Part shown: piece by piece, positions 39,505-49,258 of the stretch
Position numbering within the stretch: position 1 is the stretch's first letter
Layout: each line of letters begins with the position of its first letter
Origin: Roseiflexaceae bacterium
GTDB taxonomy: Bacteria > Chloroflexota > Chloroflexia > Chloroflexales > Roseiflexaceae
DNA: 64,000 nt
NCBI GenBank assembly: GCA_947474225.1
Contig: CANJHS010000010.1
Coordinates: 551 to 64,550, forward strand
Reading direction: 5' to 3'
Made by a program: the position numbers and the translations under genes
Notes under the pieces: model-generated
The model's database searches: none
Told to the model about the DNA's origin: nothing
The model's input: only the letters and a program-made list of their open reading frames with translations

Positions 39505-40947
39505 ATGGAAAAGCACAAGAATTTCATAGCGGGTGAATGGGTCGCCCCCACTGGTGATCAATACAGCGAAATACGCAATCCCGCCGATACCAATGACATC
39601 GTCGGCTATGCGCCACGTTCTACCGTTGTCGATGTTGATCAAGCAATTGCTGCTGCCCATGCTGCCTTTGGTGCATGGGCCGGTCGTCCCGCACCAGAAC
39701 GCGGTAGAATCCTCTACAAAGTAGCCAACATCATCGAAGGTCAAATCGATGCATGGGCTGCAGAGCTTACCCGTGAAGAAGGCAAAACACGCACCGAGGC
39801 GCGCATGGAAGTCGTGCGTGCGGTTGAGGTGTTTCGGTACTTTGCCGGCGAAGCGTGGCGTGTCGGAGGCGATGTACTACCGGCCGATACGACCAATACG
39901 TTGCTCTACAGCAAACGTGTGCCGCTTGGTGCAGTGGCAATTATTACGCCATGGAATTTTCCGCTGTCTATTCCAGTCTGGAAGATGGCTCCGGCCTTGG
40001 TGATGGGCAACACAGTCGTCCTCAAGCCAGCCTCTGCCACGCCGTTGATGGCGCTACGGCTGATGGGTGCGTTGCACGAAGCCGGAGTTCCCGCCGGTGT
40101 GGTCAATTGTGTGACTGGTAGCGGCGCAGTCATTGGTGATACTCTCGCGACCGATGCGCGTATCAAAGCTGTTTCGTTCACCGGTTCATATGCGGTCGGT
40201 CATGCGTTGTACCAAAAAACGGCGCTCCGACTCACCCGCACCCACCTCGAGATGGGCGGCAAAAACCCGGTGATTGTCGCTGCAGATGCAGATCTCGACA
40301 AAGCGGTTAATATCGTGGTCCGCGGTGGATTTGGATTGACCGGACAAGCGTGTACTGCAACCAGCCGTGTGATTGTTGATCGTACGATTACGCAAGAGTT
40401 CTCGCGCCGATTGATTGCAGCAGCCCAAAAGATTGTGGTTGGCCCAGGATTGGTTGATGGTGTCCAGATGGGTCCTGCGGTCAGTGCCGCACAGCGGGAT
40501 ATTGATAACGAATTCATCGCGATTGCTGCACAACAGGGTGCGCAGGTTGCCGTCGGTGGGAATGATGTCTCTGGGCAGGGGTATTTTGTGCGTCCGACCG
40601 TGATTACCGGCGTGACAGCACAGATGCGCATTGCCCAAGAGGAGGTATTCGGACCAGTGATTGGCATCCTCGAGGCAGGTGATATCAACGAGGCATTGGC
40701 CCTGTCGAATGACATTGCCTATGGTTTATCGGCAACTATCGTCACGAATGACCTCCGTCAGGCAATTCGCTTCGCAGATCAAGCCGAAGCAGGAATGCTC
40801 AAGGTGAATCAACCAACTGCTGGTGTGTCGATACAGGCGCCGTTCGGTGGATTCAAGAACAGCGGCTCAGGTATGTTCCGTGAAATGGGCAAAGGCGCTG
40901 TAGAGTTCTTTTCCCAAGAGAAAGCAATTTATATCGACGGGAATTAA
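39505..40947 (+). CDS. NAD(P)+-dependent aldehyde dehydrogenase
   Basis: 480 aa. Has LEMGGKNP (catalytic Glu) and GQACTATSR (catalytic Cys). Confidence 0.9.
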   Translation: MEKHKNFIAGEWVAPTGDQYSEIRNPADTNDIVGYAPRSTVVDVDQAIAAAHAAFGAWAGRPAPERGRILYKVANIIEGQIDAWAAELTREEGKTRTEARMEVVRAVEVFRYFAGEAWRVGGDVLPADTTNTLLYSKRVPLGAVAIITPWNFPLSIPVWKMAPALVMGNTVVLKPASATPLMALRLMGALHEAGVPAGVVNCVTGSGAVIGDTLATDARIKAVSFTGSYAVGHALYQKTALRLTRTHLEMGGKNPVIVAADADLDKAVNIVVRGGFGLTGQACTATSRVIVDRTITQEFSRRLIAAAQKIVVGPGLVDGVQMGPAVSAAQRDIDNEFIAIAAQQGAQVAVGGNDVSGQGYFVRPTVITGVTAQMRIAQEEVFGPVIGILEAGDINEALALSNDIAYGLSATIVTNDLRQAIRFADQAEAGMLKVNQPTAGVSIQAPFGGFKNSGSGMFREMGKGAVEFFSQEKAIYIDGN

Positions 40948-40960
40948 TGCTTCTCTTTGC

Positions 40961-40990
40961 TGCAGGGTATCACGCTTGTGGTACCCTGCA
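40961..40990 (+). terminator. Possible terminator after the aldehyde dehydrogenase gene
   Basis: TGCAGGGTA-N12-TACCCTGCA followed by CTTTATGTTTTTTG. Confidence 0.45.
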
Positions 40991-41514
40991 CTTTATGTTT
41001 TTTGTATCATTTTTCGTTGTAGAGCTGATACAGTTTGTTCTTTTCCGATGCGGTACTATCAAGAATGTATACAAGTATTAATGGGTGTCTTTTGCATACG
41101 CAATAGCAATATGTTTTGCATGCTGGTATCTGATAACGTGCATTATTGAATGTGTCTGGCGATGTACCATGTTTTTAGGATATATTGAATCTGTTTTATA
41201 TTATTTGGCTTTCTAATGGGATTTGTTGACTGTAATAGAATATATTTATGGTATTTAATCAATATTATTGTGTGAATGTACACAAAATATATACGTAATT
41301 TCAATTTTGATTATTAAAAAATAAAAAAACATCATTTTCTTTAAAATTTTACGTTGTATGATTACATACATTCACCAATAGATTTTGTGTATGTGTATAG
41401 TATTTCTTCAAAAAGACGGCATCGTAATTTTTATGTATTTGAAAGCACACACCGTTCATAGAGACAAAGTGTACGGTTTTGGGGATTGCTATCCATAAGA
41501 GTTATGTATCACGA

Positions 41515-41597
41515 ATTGAGTATCTCATGGAGCAAAATTGAGAGGATTGACGACGTATTGAGTTCTCATGGAGCAAAATTGAGAGGATTGACGACGT
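41515..41597. repeat. Tandem direct repeat, 42 nt + 41 nt (one indel), iteron-like
   Basis: ATTGAGTATCTCATGGAGCAAAATTGAGAGGATTGACGACGT is followed by ATTGAGTTCTCATGGAGCAAAATTGAGAGGATTGACGACGT. Confidence 0.9.
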
Positions 41598-41872
41598 ATC
41601 TTGATATTTGCGAAAAAAATTTTGGAGTACGTGTATTTTTCTTGCAGTTTCCATACCGTGAGTTTGGAATGAGGAATGTATTTGCATGGCGTATTGTAGG
41701 CTGAGGTCGAGATCTGTTACGATACACAGCAGGTCTGTGTTGCGGGATGTTTATTGTTTTCATGTGTTGTATCGCCGACTGGTGTTGTTTAATGTTTAGA
41801 AATCTTTTGTTTTTGAAATTCTTGCGTTCATGTCCTTAATTTTTACATATTTTAAAATAGACCAAAATATCC

Positions 41873-41901
41873 TTGACATTATGAGCAAAATGAGATATAT
41901 T
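41873..41901 (+). promoter_or_regulatory. Near-consensus sigma-70-type promoter for hup
   Basis: TTGACA (41873-41878), a 17-nt spacer, then TATATT (41896-41901), 36 nt upstream of the hup ATG. Confidence 0.6.
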
Positions 41902-41936
41902 TTTATATGGTTGTGAACGAACGGAAAGTAGAAACA

Positions 41937-42209
41937 ATGCAGAAGACAGATTTCGTCAAAGCAGTAGCTGAGAAGGCTCAGATGTCCCAGAAGGACACCA
42001 AGGAAATCATTGACGCAGCGTTGGAAGTCATTGCGCAGCAGCTCAAGGGCGGCGAAAAGGTTACTCTTACCGGATTCGGTACCTTTGAAGTACGTCAGCG
42101 CCAGGCCCGCGAAGGGGTCAACCCACAGACCGGCGCAAAAATCAAGATTCCAGCCACCAAGACCCCAGGCTTCAGCGCAAGCAGCACCCTGAAGGCACAG
42201 GTCAAGTAA
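41937..42209 (+). CDS. hup: Nucleoid-associated DNA-binding protein HU
   Basis: 90 aa. MQKTDFVKAVAEKAQMSQKDTKEIIDA ... GFGTFEVRQRQAREGVNPQTG matches the HU/IHF fold. The track start at 41907 adds 10 non-family residues. Confidence 0.9.
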   Translation: MQKTDFVKAVAEKAQMSQKDTKEIIDAALEVIAQQLKGGEKVTLTGFGTFEVRQRQAREGVNPQTGAKIKIPATKTPGFSASSTLKAQVK

Positions 42210-42215
42210 TTTCTG

Positions 42216-42256
42216 AAAACGCCCTCGGTCGCTCTAGAGCGATCGAGGGCGTTTTT
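42216..42256. terminator. Bidirectional terminator between hup and the O-antigen-ligase-like gene
   Basis: AAAACGCCCTCGGTCGCTC-tag-AGCGATCGAGGGCGTTTTT. Confidence 0.85.
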
Positions 42257-42270
42257 GTGTCTTTTTGTGT

Positions 42271-45200
42271 TTACGGGATTTTGGAATTCAGATAATCTGC
42301 GAGTTGCTGATAGAGTGCAACGGTTTCGGTTGGGAGTTGCTGCGAGGTAGCAAGTGACACAAGGTTTTTTGCTTGAATTGAAGCATTCTGGTACTCAAGA
42401 CCGTTGCTCAACACAATGGTGTAGTTTTGGAGTGCCTCGATACTTTCGGGTTGGATAGCAACGAGTTGACCAAAGGCTGCAATTGCTTCTGGATAATTTC
42501 GTTCACGACTTGCAATCAAGCCAAGGATAGACAAGAGTAAGCGATCGTTTTGATAGGGTGTTGCCAGATAGGCGGTGCGGAGCTGCTGGAGCAACACCGG
42601 GGTGCCGACGAGTTGATCAACGATGGTTGAAATCTGACCATCGAGTGCGTGCGGCTCTTTTTGGATAATGCCAGCATAGAGTGGCATTGCCTCGCTGTAG
42701 CGCCCATCGGCATAGGTCAGGTCTGCAATGCGTATTGCCGTATCAGGGTAGGTTGGATCGAGGAGTTGTGAACGCTCTAGGGCAGCATGTGCTTTTTCTC
42801 TGAAACGTTTGGCTTCGTCTGGATTTGTGTCGCGTAGTCGATTGGCACGTGTAATAAGCGCACCGATGTATTCATTCAAAATGCTGACGTCGTTGGGAGC
42901 ATTGGCTACGCCCTTTTCGAACCATGTGGTGATGGCTGTTTCTGCCGCTGGTGTTTGTTCGACACGGGTATACCAGAATGTATAGAGGCGAGCAAGATTG
43001 GCAAAGTGGTCTTTGTTGTACGGATTGAGGTCGTGTGCAGTCAGCAGAGCCTGCTCGGCAAGGTGGATAATGTCACGCGTCGAGCGCGGTTCGAGATAAT
43101 CTTTGATGTCGAGTGCTGATTGTTGGGCAATGAGTGTAGGCAGTGTTGTATCGATGGATTCAATTTTGTTCCCACCGATCCGCCGTTTTGCATCCGCCAA
43201 ATTCAGTAATGAACGCCCTGCGCTCAGATAGTAATAATCCTGGTTGGGTTCCATCCGTATCGCATCGAGGAAGTACGAGAGACCGATGATTTGTTGGTCG
43301 GTATTGCCGGAGCTTGTTGCTGCTTCGGCATAGCTGCTCCCTTGTTGGAAGCGCATGTCGGCCAGTGCGTTATCGATGTTGAACGACCATGCGGCCAAAC
43401 CGCCAGAGATGACAATTGCAGCGTAGAGAATGTAGTGGATGAATGCTGGTTGGGGTACAGAGACAACGGCGCGTTGTGGTGTTGCCTGGGGACGTCTACG
43501 GCCAGTTTGGTTCGGCTTGGTCGTCGGTGTGACGATCGGTTCTGCGACTGTTGGTTGTTCGAAGGGGACGACTGGTTCTTTCGACAGTCGTGCAATAGCG
43601 AGCAACGCGCCGATAGATAACCATTGCATCATCAGTGTCGTAACCACGGGGATACCCGTCAGTCCCTCCACATTGTGTGCAACGATCGCACTCATGGCAG
43701 CGATGACAAAGAATCGATAGGGTGCAATTGTTGGTCTTTTGAGTAATGCAAAACCATACAGCACAGCGCTGATAATTAACGCAATGTAGCTGAAGAGACC
43801 AAGTAGGCCCTTATTGACGAGTTCGTCGAGGAAGGCTTGGTGCGATCGGTCGGGCGATGCGCTCCGAGATTCGATGTGTGCCAGGGATGGTGGGTAGAAC
43901 GTGTTGTACGCAACGAACATACTTTCTGGGCCCCAGCCGATGACGGTGCGGAGAGGATCTGATGTAATCAGACCAATGGTGCCTTTGCCGAATTCATCGC
44001 CAAACCAGATTTTCATCCGGACGTCACCAGTCGTGCCAGCACTCACATCAAACAATTTGCCCATACGACCAATATATGGGACGGTGCGTAACTGTACAAA
44101 AAGGGATGATGTGCTGAAATTGAGGAGCAGCAGAAAAACCACAACCAAACCCACGATACTGCATTCTGCAATAAAGAGTCGTGCTGCGATACGCGAATAC
44201 ATCCCGCCGCGGCGGCGTATGTCGAGTAAGTTCGTCGTGATAAAGAAAAACAATCCGACCGCGCCACCAATCCATGGGCCGCGACTTTGGGTGAAGAATA
44301 CGGTGACCAAACTCGCACACGCAAAGGCGATACTCGCCCAGCCAGCGAATGCGAAGTAACGATTGTGTGTAACCGCAGATACTTTTTGTACTACTGGTAC
44401 CACAAACGCTACCCACAGTAAGAGCGCCGCGGCGAGAAGCCAGAGGAGCCAATGTTCCCCGAATTGACCGTCGGTCGGCAAGACGACTTTGACATCGGTA
44501 CTCGGCTGCGCACTCACCATCAATGCGATGGTGTACACGGATGTCAGGGCTGCGGCAATACTGCGGCGTAAAAGGTGTGTCGCCGGTGGGGAAAGCAGCT
44601 CGATATAGGCTATTGCAGCGATGAGAATCGCACCAGGATAGACCCACCAGAAGCGCAGATCGATGGAACGCACGACGCCACTAAACTGGATGGCTGCAAA
44701 TACAAGAGCAAACACACCGATAATCGTAGAGACACCTGCAACGAACACAGGCAGCGACAATGGTTTGGTTTGTTGGTCGATAGGTTGCCGTGATTGGCGG
44801 ATGAGCGTCAGTCCGTATGCGATTGCGTACGGGATGATCAAAATAAGGAAGGCAGCGATAAAAATGGAATTGCCCATCGTCGATGCGACGCGGGTAATGA
44901 CGTCGCCCTTCCACGGTAGTGGATCTGTCTGGAAATGTTGCACATACCCATAGAATGTCGGCACGATCGCTGACAAGATAACCATAGCAACCGTACGCCA
45001 GAGTTGCGCTGGTGTCCGTGTATGTGTCACGATAATCAGTGCGAGTGCTACGTACGAAAGATTTGTGTAGGTACCTTGTAGCCGTTGATACGAACCCCAA
45101 AATGACAGCCCGGGTACGATCGATGTCATGGTCGCAAAAACAAAAATCACACAGTATGCAACGATGCTGTAACTGAGTACCGTATTTTGGAGAGAAAAAA

Positions 45201-45420
45201 ACGGTTTAGGGGATTTTGCGTGGAGGCGTTGATCTGTCCAGCGGAGTACTGCGACTGCGCATAATATCGTGACGAAGGCACGAAAAAGCACAGCTTTGTC
45301 TGGTTCGAAATGTCTGGCCGACAGCAGATTAAAGTAGGACGGGATAATCGCAATACAGAGCAACCAACCGTATTCCAGCACACGGTCGCACCATTCAGCA
45401 ATTTTGGAGTGAGGATGCAT
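42271..45420 (-). CDS. Large polytopic membrane protein: O-antigen ligase/polymerase-like (Wzy_C) domain with C-terminal TPR repeats
   Basis: 1049 aa. Has more than 10 predicted TM helices in the N-terminal ~630 aa and a TPR-like helical repeat region in the C-terminal ~400 aa. Confidence 0.7.
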   Translation of the reverse strand: MHPHSKIAEWCDRVLEYGWLLCIAIIPSYFNLLSARHFEPDKAVLFRAFVTILCAVAVLRWTDQRLHAKSPKPFFSLQNTVLSYSIVAYCVIFVFATMTSIVPGLSFWGSYQRLQGTYTNLSYVALALIIVTHTRTPAQLWRTVAMVILSAIVPTFYGYVQHFQTDPLPWKGDVITRVASTMGNSIFIAAFLILIIPYAIAYGLTLIRQSRQPIDQQTKPLSLPVFVAGVSTIIGVFALVFAAIQFSGVVRSIDLRFWWVYPGAILIAAIAYIELLSPPATHLLRRSIAAALTSVYTIALMVSAQPSTDVKVVLPTDGQFGEHWLLWLLAAALLLWVAFVVPVVQKVSAVTHNRYFAFAGWASIAFACASLVTVFFTQSRGPWIGGAVGLFFFITTNLLDIRRRGGMYSRIAARLFIAECSIVGLVVVFLLLLNFSTSSLFVQLRTVPYIGRMGKLFDVSAGTTGDVRMKIWFGDEFGKGTIGLITSDPLRTVIGWGPESMFVAYNTFYPPSLAHIESRSASPDRSHQAFLDELVNKGLLGLFSYIALIISAVLYGFALLKRPTIAPYRFFVIAAMSAIVAHNVEGLTGIPVVTTLMMQWLSIGALLAIARLSKEPVVPFEQPTVAEPIVTPTTKPNQTGRRRPQATPQRAVVSVPQPAFIHYILYAAIVISGGLAAWSFNIDNALADMRFQQGSSYAEAATSSGNTDQQIIGLSYFLDAIRMEPNQDYYYLSAGRSLLNLADAKRRIGGNKIESIDTTLPTLIAQQSALDIKDYLEPRSTRDIIHLAEQALLTAHDLNPYNKDHFANLARLYTFWYTRVEQTPAAETAITTWFEKGVANAPNDVSILNEYIGALITRANRLRDTNPDEAKRFREKAHAALERSQLLDPTYPDTAIRIADLTYADGRYSEAMPLYAGIIQKEPHALDGQISTIVDQLVGTPVLLQQLRTAYLATPYQNDRLLLSILGLIASRERNYPEAIAAFGQLVAIQPESIEALQNYTIVLSNGLEYQNASIQAKNLVSLATSQQLPTETVALYQQLADYLNSKIP

Positions 45421-45458
45421 GAGGAATTCCTTTAATTGCGACGCCTGTAGTGCGTTCG

Positions 45459-47210
45459 TTATTGAGGCAGTGCTTTGCGTTCACGCGCGTAGACAAGCAT
45501 GTCTGCAGCGACAGAGCGACTCTGTGCACTGACAGGGTGACCATTGAGCATAGCTGCGAGTTCGTCGATACGTGCAGGTTGATCGAGTGCTGTCACGTGT
45601 GTCGTGGTCCGATCTGCACTGATTTTTTTGCTGATAGCGTAGTGTGTGTCTGCGAAGGTTGCGACTTGTGGCAAATGGGAGATACATAGAACTTGATGGT
45701 GACGGCTGATCTGCCAGAGCTTCTCGCCGACGACTGCACCAGCGCGGCCACCGACCCCGGTGTCCACTTCGTCAAAGACCATTGTCTCGATTATTTCGAC
45801 CTGCGCAAGGACGGACTTGATCGCCAAGAACAGACGTGACCCTTCGCCGCCCGAGGCGGTTTTGGCCAGAGATTTGGGTTCTTCACCGGGATTGGGGGCA
45901 ATCATAAATTCGACATGGTCGATGCCGGTTTTATCGCACGCGAGTGTTGCAAGAGAGCTGTCTGACTGCTGTACGATTACGCCATCAAATGCCTTGGTTT
46001 GCGTCTGGTGCACCATAAAACGGACATGCGGCATTGCCAAATCGCGTGCTGATGCTTCGACGGCTTGTGCGAGTTTGGCTGCGGCGCTGACGCGATGTTG
46101 AGAAAGCACGTTCGCTGCGGTTCCTAATTGACTACGCATACGTTGTTCTTGTTGTTCGAGTGCTGCGACGTATTCATCGCTGTGTTCGAGTTTTTCGAGT
46201 TCTGTTGCGGCAGTTGTTGCGCGCTCGATGAGCTCGGGAATGGTTGCACGATATTTGCGCTGGAGTGCACGCAGCTCGGTTATGCGGTCCTCGATCGCCT
46301 CGATGCGGCCCGGGTCGAATTCAATACGATCGCGGTAGGCGCGGACTGCCTGGGCGAGGTCGGTTAGTGCGTACTGGAGTTCGGTTGCTTGGGTAACGAT
46401 TGCTTCGATTGATGAGTCGTACTTTTGCAGGTCCGCACACAGTTGGGCGACTACCACGCTCGAATCGACGAGGCCACGGGGGCGGCGATCATCGCCATTC
46501 AATGATTGATAAATCTGGGTGGTTAACTCGGTGATACGCGCACCGTTCTGGAAGCGTGTACGCTCCGCAGTGAGTGCTTCTTCTTCGCCAGGGATGAGTT
46601 TGGCCGCGTTGACATCTTTTTGCAGTGCGCGCAATTCTTGGATGCGTTCGGTGCGGCGGGATGCTGCAGTGCGCAGGTCGTTGAGCTCGTTGCGGAGCGC
46701 CTTCCATTGTGCATGGAGTTCGGACACTTTCTGCCGAGTAGGGAATAACTTGCCAAATCGATCCAACATATCAAGGTGGGTTTTTGCGTTGAAGATTGTC
46801 AGACCATCGTGTTGGCCATGGATATCTATCAGCCAGCTGCCTATCTCGCGCAGGATGGTATTGGTGACCGCACGACCATTGATGCGGCTGACCGTACGAT
46901 TGCTCTCGCGATTGACCTCGCGGAAAATAATGATGTTGTCGTCGCCTTCCTCGCGGAGGCCATGCTCGTCGAGGAGTGCAATGAAGTCGGGATTCGGTTT
47001 GACTTGGAAGACGCCTTCGATGCGCGAACGATCCATGCCGTTCCGTATGTGACTCGCGTCGAATCGGTCGCCACGCAAAATCCCCAACGCATCGATGATC
47101 ATCGACTTACCAGCACCTGTCTCGCCACTGAGTACGGAGAAGCCGTTGTTGAACGATAGGGTCACTTGGTCGATAATCGCAAAATTACCGATATGTAATT
47201 CTAAGAGCAT
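45459..47210 (-). CDS. recN: DNA repair protein RecN
   Basis: 583 aa. Has MLLELHIGNFAIID, Walker A GETGAGKS, a coiled-coil middle and a C-terminal MVFDEVDTGVGG motif. Confidence 0.95.
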   Translation of the reverse strand: MLLELHIGNFAIIDQVTLSFNNGFSVLSGETGAGKSMIIDALGILRGDRFDASHIRNGMDRSRIEGVFQVKPNPDFIALLDEHGLREEGDDNIIIFREVNRESNRTVSRINGRAVTNTILREIGSWLIDIHGQHDGLTIFNAKTHLDMLDRFGKLFPTRQKVSELHAQWKALRNELNDLRTAASRRTERIQELRALQKDVNAAKLIPGEEEALTAERTRFQNGARITELTTQIYQSLNGDDRRPRGLVDSSVVVAQLCADLQKYDSSIEAIVTQATELQYALTDLAQAVRAYRDRIEFDPGRIEAIEDRITELRALQRKYRATIPELIERATTAATELEKLEHSDEYVAALEQQEQRMRSQLGTAANVLSQHRVSAAAKLAQAVEASARDLAMPHVRFMVHQTQTKAFDGVIVQQSDSSLATLACDKTGIDHVEFMIAPNPGEEPKSLAKTASGGEGSRLFLAIKSVLAQVEIIETMVFDEVDTGVGGRAGAVVGEKLWQISRHHQVLCISHLPQVATFADTHYAISKKISADRTTTHVTALDQPARIDELAAMLNGHPVSAQSRSVAADMLVYARERKALPQ

Positions 47211-47263
47211 ATCTGACCTCGACTATGACAGAAGCGCCAGAAAGAGTGCAACGCCATGTTGGT

Positions 47264-48220
47264 TCATTTTGTAAATACTTCGAGGAACTCTTGGAGCTTC
47301 TCGGGACTATGGAAAACAAATGTCAGCCGTACATCACGAGGACTCCGCTGGATTTGGACGGGAGTGCCGACATGTACCTCGAGTTCGCGGGCAACGGCAC
47401 GATCGTCCGCACTGGTTGTATTCTGCGGCTCTTGTTCGGTTAAGGTTGCAGTCGGTACTTTGGGTCGAATAGGTGTTGGTTTGCCACCGCTTGCCGTGAT
47501 GCCACGGATCTTTTGGAGCGAACTCACCGCTTCTGCCACAGAGTCGAATGTACTATCACTCAGCAGTTCGGCCTCTCGCACCGTCACCGTATCGTGTTGA
47601 ATGACTTGCAGAAGCATGTTCTGCTTGCCTGGTTCATTAATTTTGAGCAGCGTCCGTCCGTGTCCAGCACTTATTGCACCACCACGTAGCGCGGTTTGGG
47701 CGTCTTCGGTAAGGCGGAGCAGGCGCCGGGTGTTGGTTATATGCACACGGCTGGTGCGACCCATCCGGACGGCAATTTCTTCATCGCTGAGCTGGAATTC
47801 GTCTTTGAGCGCTTGGTATGCGAGTGCTTCTTCTATGGGGTTGAGATCTGCGCGTTGGACGTTCTCGATGATTGCTATTTCGAGCATCTCTTGCGGCGTG
47901 CTTTCGCGGATGATGACGGGCACAGTCTCGAACCCTGCCATCCCGGCCGCGCGCAGTCGCCGTTCACCGGCGATGAGTTCGTACCCGCCGCTGGGGAGTC
48001 GGGTGACAATCAGTGGTTGTACCACACCGTGTTCTTTGATCGAAGCCGACAAATCAGCGATTTGTTGGTCATCAAAGGTTTTGCGGGGCTGGTAGCGATT
48101 GGGACGCACATCGCCGATTGCGATCTCGCGGATTGACAGATTATTTGATGGTGTCCCCACGGATGCACTGGGTAACAGTGCATCGAGGCCACTCCCGAGA
48201 CCGCCGCGTCGCTTGCTCAT
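47264..48220 (-). CDS. parB: Chromosome partitioning protein ParB/Spo0J
   Basis: 318 aa. Has RGGLGSGLDALL, PRKTFD, GVVQPLIV, IAGERRLRAA and HTH motifs. Confidence 0.9.
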   Translation of the reverse strand: MSKRRGGLGSGLDALLPSASVGTPSNNLSIREIAIGDVRPNRYQPRKTFDDQQIADLSASIKEHGVVQPLIVTRLPSGGYELIAGERRLRAAGMAGFETVPVIIRESTPQEMLEIAIIENVQRADLNPIEEALAYQALKDEFQLSDEEIAVRMGRTSRVHITNTRRLLRLTEDAQTALRGGAISAGHGRTLLKINEPGKQNMLLQVIQHDTVTVREAELLSDSTFDSVAEAVSSLQKIRGITASGGKPTPIRPKVPTATLTEQEPQNTTSADDRAVARELEVHVGTPVQIQRSPRDVRLTFVFHSPEKLQEFLEVFTK

Positions 48221-48224
48221 AGTA

Positions 48225-49034
48225 TTAGCCCTTCACGTTCATGCGGACGATTAAATCTTCGGCTACGCGTTGGTACGCGCTGGTGGCGCGACCTTCGGGA
48301 TCGTATTCATACAACATCTGACCATAGCTCGGTGCTTCGCTGGCGCGCACGCTGCGTGGGATAGGTGTGTTGCAGATATGCACTGGGAAGAAACGTCGTA
48401 CTTCGTCTACGACTTGTTGGGCTAAATTTGTGCGACCATCGTACATGGTCATTACTACGCCGAGAATCGAAAGCTTTGGATTGAGGCTCTGATGCACTCG
48501 ATCGATGATGTTTTTGAGTTGAGCGAGACCTTCGAGGGCCAAGAACTCACACTGCAATGGAATACAAACCGTGTTTGCCGCAGCCAGTGCATTCACTGAC
48601 ACAAACCCCAACGCCGGAGGACAATCCAACATGATGACATCGTACTGGCTGCGAATCGGAGCAATTGCTTCGGCGAGTCGAAATTCGCGTCGCTCTATGT
48701 CGACCAACTCGACTTGTACACCTGATAATCGTTCGCTAGCCGCAATGAGATCAAAGTTTGGCCGGTTTGTCGGAATGATAGCAGCCGTAATTGGTTGCGT
48801 CCCCATGATGACTTCGTAGGTTGTATTGACGAGATTCTGTTTACTCACGCCCAGGCTTGTTGCAGCATTCCCTTGTGCATCACAGTCGATAAGCAGCACG
48901 CGTAGATTGCTCCGTGCAAATTCTCCACAGAGATTCACTGCGGATGTTGTCTTACCGACACCGCCTTTTTGGTTCATACAGGCGATGATGATGCCTGCAC
49001 GTGGTGCTTCGTTTGGCTTTTGCTGTACGGTCAC
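48225..49034 (-). CDS. parA: Chromosome partitioning ATPase ParA/Soj
   Basis: Has the deviant Walker A NQKGGVGKTT. GTG 49034 lies 6 nt after AGGAG. The track's 344-aa version (start 49259) would translate through a parS site. Confidence 0.85.
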   Translation of the reverse strand: MTVQQKPNEAPRAGIIIACMNQKGGVGKTTSAVNLCGEFARSNLRVLLIDCDAQGNAATSLGVSKQNLVNTTYEVIMGTQPITAAIIPTNRPNFDLIAASERLSGVQVELVDIERREFRLAEAIAPIRSQYDVIMLDCPPALGFVSVNALAAANTVCIPLQCEFLALEGLAQLKNIIDRVHQSLNPKLSILGVVMTMYDGRTNLAQQVVDEVRRFFPVHICNTPIPRSVRASEAPSYGQMLYEYDPEGRATSAYQRVAEDLIVRMNVKG

Positions 49035-49242
49035 TGGGTTCTCCTGCTGCACAGATTGGTATGCGCATACTATACCGTTTGAGACATGGAAAAAGGTACG
49101 GGGGGATAAAATGTTGTATTTGAGATTGTACTGTATTTCGTGATGATTGTCTTTGTTCAACCCTCTTCGGCGCGGCACAACTACTATGCTGTCATTGGGC
49201 TGTAACGCTCGGTGGGAGGATAATGACAAAAGTGATGCAAAC

Positions 49243-49258
49243 TGTTTCACGTGAAACA
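49243..49258. other. parS centromere-like site (perfect consensus palindrome)
   Basis: TGTTTCACGTGAAACA. Confidence 0.9.

Noticed and set aside
41486-41763. ORFs of 72, 61 and 65 aa in the AT-rich island
   Set aside because: They span the 42/41-nt tandem repeat, so the two copies are read in different frames. They have no RBS and are mutually overlapping on both strands.
40991-41872. The AT-rich island as the primary chromosomal origin
   Set aside because: I found no perfect DnaA box here and only a few weak matches. Examples are TGTGTATAG at 41392-41400 and CTATCCATA at 41489-41497. All flanking genes to its left would be head-on to a leftward fork. The 31.3-31.8 kb cluster is the better oriC candidate. 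The island is kept as a separate finding.
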